From the NCBI RefSeq assembly GCF_001949145.1, contig NW_019091359.1, forward strand, positions 2,182,540 through 2,246,539: 64,000 nucleotides of DNA, written 5' to 3'. The translations under genes and the position numbers were made by a program. The notes below the pieces were generated by a model. That model made no database searches, was not told the origin of the DNA, and worked only from the letters and a program-made list of their open reading frames with translations. Positions within the stretch are counted from its first letter, which is position 1. Every line of letters starts with the position of its first letter. The stretch comes from Acanthaster planci (lineage: Eukaryota). Positions 13,201 through 25,200 of this stretch are shown piece by piece.

Positions 13201-16200
13201 CTGGTTAATAGCTTTTGTGCATGTTTGTAATAATTACAGTATTGATGAATGCGAAGTTGGCTGAAGTGATGTGACATCCAGCATTGGATGTATACGACAT
13301 TATTCATATTCTAGAGATTCTACTTGCATGTAGGTTACTTTATAAAGAAATATACATGTACATTCTCGTTAGGGCAGCAGATAAGACATAGAATTTGGAA
13401 TGCCTGATGCGTAGAGACGTTGATGGAAGTCCAGCTTTTAAAGAGATTTCAAAAAAGAATATCAAATAAGAAAATTTGCAAACAAAAAGCACCGAGCAAA
13501 CAGCTTTTCACAACTGTGGGATTTACCCTGCTGGAAACTAGCCATTGACTAAATATTTTGGTTTGGGAGATGTTGATTTGTTACACTGGGATTTACCCTG
13601 CTGAGGTCCCCTCTCTGACATCAAGTAAAGTCATATCTCCATTAGTAAAGCAAGAGATCATAGATTGGAGTCTCATCACTGAAGCATACAAGTTATTACT
13701 CTGAGCTGTAAGACAGCAGCGAGTATAAGTACTAAAATGAAAACATAGTTAAAGAGCAAAGTTAACAAACAATCATCCCAGTAGCATTGTGGCTAAGTTG
13801 TAGGGAATGATATTTGGAGCAGAAGTCTCCATCAAATTCTTCACTGATTCCGCATGTACCGCTGCTTCATAAAAAAAAGTGCACTTGATAGAGAGTTTGA
13901 ATACTCTCAGCCCATACATGTATCAATTCAAAATCAAAATTTAGCCTTTAGTTGTTAAATTGGACAAGGTTTGTATGCTTGTAAGTGCGCCATGTCCCCG
14001 CACATCTAAGTTTGGATATTTCAAGAGGCTCCCCAGTTTTCTGAAAGGTTTTGAATTATTACGGGTAGCATAAAACTGACATACGTGTACACAGACTTTT
14101 GAGCATAGCAATTTAAACAACTGATGCAGGTGGGTGTTGATGAAAGTCAAGCAGTACAACAAAAAGGGAATAGCAGACAAAAGTCAAATAGGAAAAATAA
14201 CAAAAGATAGAACACTAATTAAAAAAAAACTATCACAAATGAGGAAACCCCACCACAGATTCCACCAGGTCAGTGCAGGTTGAAATATAAATTGGACAGA
14301 ACATTTGGATTTTTCAGACAGTAGGGCCTACAGCTTATAATTCTTGGCAACGAAAAAGGAACAAGAAGAATTTTGTCCTCCTTGAATGTCTGCAAAATTG
14401 TCAAATTTCCTAAGATTTTGAATAAGCAGGATGTGTTCTTTCATCCACTTGGTACTCAATCATATGCTCATTTTCCATAGGTTCTTCAGACGTTAATTTT
14501 GTTATGAATCTAACCGCTGAGAGGAGCACATGGTTAGGACTCATTAAAAACTTGCCTGAGACTCTCACTTGCAAGAATACCTGAGCTTCATCAACCGCCA
14601 CGCCTTCCTCACAACTTGTCGGTGTTCAGTCTGAGTATATGTCAGCAATATGGTCCCCAGAAACATTTGGCCGAGCACCAGAATTACAAAGACTCTTATG
14701 AGGGAATCGAAAGCTATCGTGTCTGGCTGAAGAAACACAGCAACGTGGATGACTACAGCCACCGGCAGCCAAGCGATTAGAAACACTAGGAAGTTAACGA
14801 TGAAGTAAACTGTAATTTTGTGGTGTGACCTTGCAGGCTGCAGCCTGACTGGACTGGCCGAGTTGTTTTCCATCGGGGGACGGATGAAGCGAAGGTGGAC
14901 CAGCAATTGCCTCTCCTGATTAATTTTTTGCTGTTGCCGCCGGGCAATTCTAATAAGAGCGACCATCAGGCATACAATGGCAGTGATGCATGGGAAAGCT
15001 ACAATATTCATGATATAAATTGATAAACGCGACACCTGGGAGTCATTGTCAAAGAAAATTTTCATGGAGGTGGTTTCACCATCGATAAAGATCATCACTG
15101 ATGTGTACATGACCAAGCCGATAATTGCAGATACAGACCACAACACAGCAATGACAAATGCGCATCTTCTTGGTAATGCCAAATGAATGTATTTCAATGG
15201 ACGGGAGACTTTTACGTAACGGTCAGTCCCTATGGCAACTAAATTAAAGACAAAACTGCAGGTAACAAAATAAACGTAGGCAATAAAGGCTCCAACGACG
15301 TGCTTGCTTTGTTCCGTGGAGGGAATCGAGTACATGAATCCAGCCCAGATGCATTTGATGCCAGCCAGGAATTCAGAGATGCAGAGGCTTGCCAAAAGAA
15401 TGTTGGACACGCTGTGGAGTTGTTTACTGAGAACTATGGAGGCCACTATCCACAGGTTGATTATGCTGGTGATGGAGCCTATGATACCAAATGCTGTGAA
15501 AGTAAATATGGGCCACAGTCCCCACAAGTCTTCTTGAGTCTGGTTGGCAGATGGTGTAGCGTTTTCCAAGATTGTCAAATTCATTGTTAAGCAGTTTTTT
15601 TTGTGAGCAAAAATAGACAAGGTCAGACACAAGAAATAGAGACTCTTCAGCCGTCACTGTTGTTCCAAAGCACAGTGTCAGTTCGCAGAATGTTCAGATC
15701 TGCAGGAGGTCAGCTCAGGAGCCTTTTAAAAGTTTGTGACCAAATTGGTCAGCCAACTATCAGCAGAAGCTAAACTTAACCAAGCTGAACAAGTCACATC
15801 ACAGAATGTATCATTGGCCCTGTGTCCACAGACATACAGTGTACATGTGCGGCAGAGCAACACATTTATAAACAAATACATCTTTGTCACTGCAGAATAG
15901 TGCTGTGTGGAAGATATCTTACCAGCTCCGACCTTCTGCCTGCGTAAGGAGAGAGGATATTCAGTGTTATGATGCAGAACAACAGGCTAATCCATTGACC
16001 ATGCGTCTTGTCTTGATGAGAGTCACCCCCTTTCACTATGAAATGCATTTAATCAGGGGATGAATTTTATAGTGAATTATGTGGGGTCACTCTCCGAAAT
16101 CCACTTACATGTAATTGGTTTCACTTCCTCCTAAAAGCTCCTATGATAGCATCCTGTTTTTGAAGGTTAGCCCTTCGTGTCACCAGCGATTTGGGTGAGG

Positions 16201-19200
16201 ACTTTATTTCCTGAGGTCAGTTGGAAGTACATCACCTGATGTGACATACAGGTGCTTACACATGAAACCCTGTTAATGGTTTTGGTGCATGTTTGAATAA
16301 TTACAGCATTGATGAATGCAGGGTTGGCTGAACCAGTGTGAAATCTAGCACTCCAGCATGCATCTAGATGTACATGTAGACTATGCATACTACATAATGC
16401 GGATTCTACATGCATGTGGTTTACTCCATGAAGAAGTGTGTCAAATATCAATGAAATATTGTTTGTCTATAGATCATTTAAAACTATGGTGATTTACACG
16501 CTCATGGACTGGACATTCAAACATTCATAAATATTTCATAGAGTGGCGTGTCAAGAAGCTTTGCAGTTTTTTTATTTTTCATGCATTCAAAGGAATCTAT
16601 TTCATTGGCTGGGAGGCTTTTAGGTTACGTTACTATGGTGACAGAATAACTTGTTAATAAATTAATGCCCCAAAGACAGTAAATTTTTCTGCCATCAGTG
16701 TTGTTCCTAAGCAGTACGTCAGCAGTGAGATGTGCTCAGATCTGCAGAGAGTCAAATTATAGAAATAATTCAGTAGCTCTAAACAAAAACTTCAAACTCT
16801 TGAAAACTGTTAGTGGAAATTGGCAAATGGGATTGAGCCAAGCTTTATGTACTCAGAGTATCACCGACATCCTAATATGGCCACACCTACACAGACACAC
16901 TGGTGGTAAGTGGCTTTGTAGCTGGCATGTACTAATACGGAAACATACCCTCCCACCTTCCACCTGCTGCCACTGTGCCGGTGGGTGGGGCGAATGCTTC
17001 CCATGATGAAATTGAGCAGTAGATGCATACACTTGATTCAAGGAAACCTTCACAATCAGTGGATGAATTGTTGTTGAGTGGTGCGATGCGCACTCCCTCT
17101 TGAAAAAAGAAATCCATTTCGCTTTCTTGATTGTCCTTGATTGGGCCCTTTCCTCAAATGGCTGTGGGTGGTTCACCAATAGTTACACGATGGTTCGTGT
17201 ACAAATCAATCACTGGATCTCTTGTGAGTGGGATGAGAGTGGGATGTCTCGGTAATTGATAGGAGCACGGTTAATGGTTTTGATGCAGGTTTTCAATTAT
17301 CGTCGCATTATGGCAAGGTTGTAGGAAATGATGTTATGAGCTGAGCTGTCCATCACATTGTTTATTGATTCCACGTGTACTTCATACAGGAGAGTGTACT
17401 TGATGCAGGGTTGGAATATTCCCAGTTCTTATGAATCGATTAAAGATCAAAGTTAAGTTTTAAGTCTCAAAGTTGATGAAAGTTGGTGTGCTTGTTACTT
17501 TTGTAAACGTACCCTGTCCCTGGGTCTGTAGGTTTGACATTGCAAGATAATCCACAGTTTTCTGAAAGTTCTGAACAAATTTGGATGGCAGATAACAAGA
17601 TGCACAGAATTTTGAATATCTTAATTCAGTCAACAACTGAAGCAGATACTAGTAGATGTTGATGGAAATCAAAATTCAAAGAACAAAGAACAAAAATCCA
17701 ATGAAAAAATACTGAAACAAAAAGCACTTAAAAAAACTCTCACAGATGTAGATCAGAGTATATCAGTGATTCCAGCCCCTGATAACATGCTTTTGTTGGG
17801 GAGATGTTACTTTTTGGATAGGGACTCACTGTGCGGATGAAATCCGCACAGTGAGTGAGAAAGCCCCCTGTGCATCAAATTAAGTCAGAGATTTCTCTGC
17901 TAGAAAATCTCAAGGTCGTGGATTTGCGTTCCATCGCAGAAGCATGCTTATTATTGTGGCAAGTTTTCAAACGTTACTAAGTGTACATGAAAGTGAAGTA
18001 CAAAATTTAGTATTTGAACAATTATGGCAGTTCACGTTCATCTTCCTCAAGCAACCCATTGAATTGACTCGTCCAGATGGCCCCGGGATGGGACTCTACA
18101 GTGGATTACCCTCTTCACTTTCTTTAGGGACTTGTTTGTTCGAGGACAGTTTTGTTTTAGGTTTTTTTGTCCTGTGCAGGTGGCACCAAGGATGTAAACA
18201 AGCCTGGGTGGTTTCCAGCCATTCTAGATTCTGTGGTTGGATGTGATCGAGTTCACTTTGATTTCAGTAGTCATAACTGGCTCTGTACATGTATTTAGAC
18301 CTTTATTGGGGGAGATCTTTTGTAGATTCTGTCACCTCCTTCAAATTTCTGGTAGACATGCACGTGTATACATTTAATAAATTGTTACATACAGGGCAGT
18401 ATTTTCTGTCTGCAGTTTGAATTGTTTTTTCTATGTTCGGTGGTGTTCCTAATTGGGTGCTCTTACAAAATGAAACTTTGGTTTGCTGAAATTGGTTTAA
18501 TTCTTGCAGTTGATCGTCAGATTTGCTCAACTCTTTCTTTTTCTGTCTGTTTTCTTTTTTTGGTTGTCCTTCACATAGGTACCGGCCATCACCCTGACGG
18601 CCAACATTGTCTGGTCAGCCAATCAGTTCCTCCTCAGGAGTCTGTCTCCCCATATCGCCAGGTTGCTGGACAAGAAGTCACAGCAGTCGGTGATGCAGAC
18701 CACGCAGGCGTTCCTGCAACAGAAGAGCCAGAGCCTGGTCAGGTGAGGCTGATACTAGACCAGTCCGACTCTGGAACTGTGCAGAGTGTTGGATTATTAT
18801 TCATGAGCCATCTCTAACCATTAATTATGCGTGGCCTCAGCTCAGGCACGTGCATTGTAAGGTCACAGGTTGGACCTGAGCCCACAGGCTGTAAAATGGC
18901 TCACATCTTGGGGTGGGTGATTTCAACCTTGAAACCACGGTACATCACTCCACCTTCAGAGGTCCACAGTTTGCAGTGTTTTCGAGATCTCTCCTTCCTA
19001 ATGTAAATCTGACCTCTGACCTGTCCACTCAGGGAGGTCCAGGTGTACTACATGCAGGTGTGTTCATGGATGATCAAGATGGAATCCAGCCTGACGTCAG
19101 CCAACACAGTTATGGAAGATCTGACCCACAAGTGCAACCTTTTTATTCATGTAAGTGTACAGATCCCAGGTGTGACATCATTTTAGACTTTTGCACTGAA

Positions 19201-22200
19201 AGTCTAGACATAATGTCTTTTCATCTCTACTCGGCGTTTCTAGAGTTGTAGTTCACTCCCCTTGGTTGTGGTGAAGCTGAATAATACAGACGTTGGACAG
19301 AAAGTACAATGTACTTACCAAAAGAAAATCCAGAGTTTGGACAATCCGAATCTTGTACAAATGCAGACTTTCAGAAGAACATGTCTGGAATGTACTCGCT
19401 GAGTTTCCAAAATCTCCAAGTTATTGTTTCCTTCCATCAGTAAGTTCATTGTATTCAGCTGTCATATATATCTCTCTTGCTGTGTTTGCAATGAACAGCT
19501 CGGTTTCTGGTGGTGGAAAAGTACTCCAAAGTACTCGACTTTGGCACAGGTACTAGTCCCAAGAGTGCTTAGAAAGCATGTGAAAGAGTTCAAAGTACAG
19601 CAGACACAAAGATGTATGATACCTTGGCTTCCGTTTCTCCTTTTTTCCTTTTAGGGTCTACTGTTTGCCTACAATATTAGTAACTTGGTGCGTACCGTCA
19701 TGAACCTCCATGCTCACATGAATAAGCCCATGACCAAAACAGCGGTCTTGGCTCTCTGCCGACTCATTGAAATGCTCAAGGTAAAGTTTGTTTATTCCAA
19801 ACGTCCTGCAAATGAAAAGCTACATCAAAAATGTCCTCAAAAAACAAATGTGGTTTTTTGAACGTAGGTTAATTGGAAGAGATGCCATGATTATGTTAGC
19901 ACCACACACACACCGATATATATGCATATTGCACCTGTTATTAACTAATCCCTGCCGGGGATGCTGGATCCGGACATGTATGCTTTATATGCCTGGCAGG
20001 GGTCTCTGAACTTGGACAAAGGGAACAGGGCCTTATAACAAAAGACCATACTCGGAATAAAAGACCAGGCTGCTGGGAATTACCGACATTTTTTCACCCT
20101 CAAAAGTGGAGATAATCCAGCCTTGTTTTGAAACAGTATACCACGGTTTGGGGCATTTAGAGCGAGCGGATTACCACCGGGGACAAAAGCAGTCCACCAC
20201 CGCAGCGATGAGCCACACAGCACCGCTGCATGCTAATCTGGCCCCTATTGAAAAGAGGTCAAAAGAAAGTTATATAACACCGCACAATCTGGGCTCTTTT
20301 CACAAGGCTGCAGGCCTGGCTGAAATACTCAGGCATCAATAGATTTTGTCTGTCAAGCTAGAGTGGACACTAGACAGTCCTTCACGTGTTTGTAAGTGTC
20401 CAGTAAATGAAGATAGGAATTGTAAAAGAATTTTGAAAACAGAAAAAAATGATAAATATCCCGGCCCAGCATCATCAACACGGATAACTGCCCCGGCAGC
20501 AAGTTGCTAATCGATAGTGGTGGCTCCTTTTTTGATCACCAGATTAAATCATTTTGCAGCATATAAACACTAAAAACCCAGTAGAATTTTGCTTTGGACT
20601 GGCACTTCTATAAATATGTAGCAGAGTATGACACCCTGTCTCATTTGTGCATTGCAGTCTATTGAGCATACCTTCCATCGGAGAACCATGCTGGTAGCTG
20701 AGTCTATCACTCACATTATCCAGTACCTGCAGTTCACATCGTTAGCTCTGGTCAATGGGGCAAAGGTGAGATATTGGAAACCATTTCCTCCAGAGTTAGG
20801 ATCAACCCAGCTCATGTACATGTATGCAACGAATCTTGTACAATTTCCTTTACTCTTCAACCTTTCAAGATCTTTCCAAATCCACTTGGAAGTTGTGGAA
20901 GATTTTGCAGGATGAAGGAAGGTCCGACCCTGGCACTGTGCTTGTTTGTAGGACTGTGATAGCGTTGAACCATAAAAAGGTTTTTTATTCTTTTTTGACC
21001 ATCTCACAGCTTGTGGATTCCAGCCCCCCAGGCAAGATATCGATTGTCTAGTGTTCAATGTGTTTGAGTTTTGGCATACATGTAAAGACATTCGTGATAA
21101 GTACATCTGTGAAGGTTTCATTGAGAGAGGTCAGTGTTAAAACAGCATGTGCCCTAACAGAAGCACGTCCAAGGCTATTCAGTGACCAGCAGCGCACGTG
21201 CGACGATTTTTTTCCAATTGCCACAGCTGTACACCAACTCATGCTCATTATACTTTGTTCTTGAATGAAACTGGCTCGTTGAATCTGACACAGGATTTTG
21301 TTCATGTCATTTATAGCTGACAGTCTTTTTTGTATATATGTATATACATTCATGTGCGTCAAGCACATTTCAGGCTGATCAGTCATGGAAAAGTCAGCCT
21401 TTAGCAAGAGCAGTGTGCCCAATTTTCATAAAATTGGAATCTAAATGATTGTAAGACATTACTGGAAAACTTCACAAAGGCACAAACAAAAACTGTGTCG
21501 TTGACTTTCCTGTATCAAAGAGAGTTTGGAGGATCAGGGAAGATCCAAGATTGCTATGACAACTGAACAGGGAGTTTCAAATGGATACCAAAGGGGGAAC
21601 AGTCAAGACACATCTTGCATGTGCGGTTGTTGAGATTGATTTTCCTTTGGCTTTTTTGGTTTTTCTTTTGTAGAAGCGTATCATCTCAGACAAGAAGTAC
21701 AGTGAGAAGAGATTGGTGAGTAGCTCTTGTAAAAAATGTCAGGGTGAAAGTATATACAAATTGCAGTAAAGTGGACTTGGATTGTGCTGTGAACTTCATT
21801 TAAATGCTGTTTGTTATTCATCCTGGGCTTATTGTTTTTTTTAATACAGGATGCCCTGTCGGCACTGGTTCTCGTGGAGAATGCACTCAGTGGAACAGGT
21901 GAGTTAGCTAACCATTACCATAAGGGGAGTTAACTGGTATACTTCAACTGTCTAGCCATTGCCATGATGGGAGTTGACTGGTATTCTTCAACTGTCTAGC
22001 CATTGCCATGATGGGAGTTGACTGGTATTCTTCAACTGTCTAGCCATTGCAATGATGGGATTTAACCGGTACTCTTCAACTATCTAACCATTGCCATGAT
22101 GGGAGTTAACTGGTATTCTTCAACTGTCTAGCCATTGCCATGATGGGATTTAACCGGTACTCTTCAACTATCTAACCATTGCCATGATGGGAGTTAACTG

Positions 22201-25200
22201 GTATACTTCAACTGTCTAGCCATTGCCATGATGGGAGTTGACTGGTATTCTTCAACTGTCTAGCCATTGCCATGATGGGATTTAACCGGTACTCTTCAAC
22301 TATCTAACCATTGCCATGATGGGAGTTAACTGGTATTCTTCAACTGTCTAGCCATTACCATACCCTGAGTCCAAACCTCAAGTGTCACTTTTTTTATACT
22401 AATTTAAAACTTTCCTTTTCCCTTCCAGCCACAAAAGAGAGGAAGCTGATTGCAAATCTGGCGCTGCACGTTGGCACTCAAATGGTGAGGTTACAACTTC
22501 TCCATCACTTTGGCATTGAACTCTTGCCAATTTTTGTATATGTTTGGGATGTTATCTGCGATAACAGTTAGCTCGGTTCATCCTCAGTATAGGTTTTGGG
22601 TGTTAAAGCCAATGTAATGACCAAAGTGTAGGAAAGTTTCTTATCTGCTTAACCAACTTATCTTTCTAGATGAAATGAATTTAATACCTCATACCCCATC
22701 CCTTGTTCAAAGCTTCAAGTCATTCTTCATTGCTGTCAATTCTTAGACGTACTGTAGTGGACTGGATTTCAAGTAACCCCAAAATATTGTCTGCATATTA
22801 TGCTCTCAGAAAGCCTTCAAGGAAGATGAGCTGGCCTCATACCGTACCACAATGAACAAGCTCTTTCTCATCAGCGACCTCAGGGAAAAGTAAGTGATTT
22901 TTCTGTCACCATCTTCATGCAAAGAAATTTTTTTTTAATAAAAGGAAAAAATTAAAAAGAAAGTCAGCCCAGCATTGTTTAAAGAGAGACATTGAAATGA
23001 AGGTCATTTTTAACTTCACGGTGTGATTTCTGTCAATGTGGACCATTGTAATTGTTTTTAAGTCATTAAATGTCTCCTGAGTGGTTCAGACATCCACACT
23101 AGTAAGCAGGGGTTCGTTAGTTTAAATTTAACCTCGCAAGTTTGTGGCTTTTTATCGTTAGCTCCCCGACAACACTGACTTTAAAGTTCTTATATAATTT
23201 GTCGTAAAAGAGCGCTCCTGAATTCCATCACTTTGACCCATCATTGCAGCATGATTTTAAAACTCGCATTAACTTCAGAGGGAAGTATTTCAACAAGCTC
23301 TTCATAATAATTCAAGTTTTGGATGTCTCTCGAAAAAATTCTTCTTGCATTTCAAAAGGTTTTTCCTAAATAACATAGAACTCAAACTCAAAAGCGTTAC
23401 TGAACTGAACTGGATTAAGACTTGTGCAGTTCAATTTAATACTACTCTCCATTCAACACTTAGTACATGGAACAGTGATTGGTTATTTGCCACATTGAAA
23501 TAATATCCTAAATTTACAAGTTTACGACCAAACATGTCATAGGCTTGATAGAAACTACTAGAGATAGAATATTGCTACTTTAATTCACACATGAAAAGCA
23601 TTTGAAGGTAAAGCCATATCAGCAAATAGTCATACATATCAGTAAATATTCAGCATAATGGGCTGTACCCTTGGCAGAACCATGAGAGAACATAGTTCTT
23701 CCCAGAATCCTTTGGTATGAGATTTAAACTGATACAAAAAATTCAAAGAACTCTGTCACAACGTCAAAACATTGTCACAATTTGATAATTTCCTTCTTCT
23801 CTTATCCACTTTATGTTTAATCTTCGTCTGTAACTTTGAGACTAAAGGTAGACTCAAACTTCTGGAGGCGGATGGGATATGTCTGGTTAATCAACCTCAA
23901 ATGTACATAATTACCGGCATGTACATCTCAACCAGAATATCAAGTGTACATGATTATGAGCGGACATTCTTGTCAGATCTATGAACCGTAATCAGTCGTG
24001 CCAGTGAAATGTATTTCTTTATATGGCAGTTCAAAAATTCTTACTGTTGTTTAGTTACTACTCTGTGTCAATCACATACAGTTGAACCTTGTTAATAAGA
24101 GGCCCCTTGGATTTTTTTTAGATTACTTTATTATAACAAGAACGTTGTATTATCTGGAATGAAAACAATGAAGAACAAAGGATTGGGACCTAAAAATGTC
24201 CTTATTTGTTGAAACTTTACAATATCATTAAACAGTGCACACAATTGTATGCGTCGAACAGTTCTGGTTTTCAAATTGAAGATACGAAGCTCATTATGTG
24301 GTTCCCCATAGCAGAAAAGTGATTGCCAACTAATAAGGCAAAACATATTGAAAGAACTTTATTGCAGTGTGAAAACATTGTCACTTTTTCTTCTTTCTTA
24401 ACCTAACCCCCTAGGCCTTTTTACTAGGAACCATCCTCAGTCCTCCAAAATCTTCCGATTTTCGACATGAAAAAATTGCATTTAACCTCAATCCTCCAAA
24501 ATCCACCAAAATTTCTTGAAAATTTTTTTTGGAGATCTGCCTACTGCCTCAATCCTTCAAAATCCTCTGGCAATTCCTGCCATTACATTGAGGCAGTGCA
24601 AAGGGCATTTTTGAGTAGTGCGGTCGATTCAAAAGAAATATTGTGCTAAATTCATGCATGACTGAGCAAAAACAACACAAGGTCTAACCCACGACCCACG
24701 ACCTTCATGCATAGCATCCTTTGCAATCAGCCACGCACTTTTACCGTTCACCCTCATGATCTGATTATAGCAAGTGTAAAATCACAAACTGTAAGTAAAG
24801 CTTCAATATTAAGCATATCAGAGCGTGATGAGATTCAAATCTCCATTTTGCACATAAAGTAAAACTGCATCAGACAGTAGCTATCATACCATTTACCCAT
24901 GCTCTCCATGAGAACGCAGTATTCTTTGACATGGGGGGGACTTGGTTCCGTTTCATACCATTTCCGAAAAGCACTGCTACTGCCGTCCTCCTAGACAAAG
25001 CTCCTGTCATGATTCTTGTCAATTAAACCAATCAAGAACCTCTGAAAACTAGCAACTTGTGCATAATCCAGGAGGAACTGGTTCTCCTCTTCACTGGCAA
25101 CCGATGTCAAGTGAGCAGGCCTCCCAAGAACAGAGAACTCCTTGCAGTAGGCCTCAGCATTGTCAAAAGATAACTCTTTTTTGACGTAGAGATAGCAGTG

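Noticed and set aside
11540..15590. Plus-strand and alternative-frame ORFs overlapping the nested GPCRs (similarly 29060, 38953, 50654, 55985, 60471)
   Set aside because: Shadow ORFs of real coding sequence, with no independent signals.
21912..22362. CRISPR-like array
   Set aside because: Head-to-tail 44-bp units with no unique spacers, inside a eukaryotic intron.
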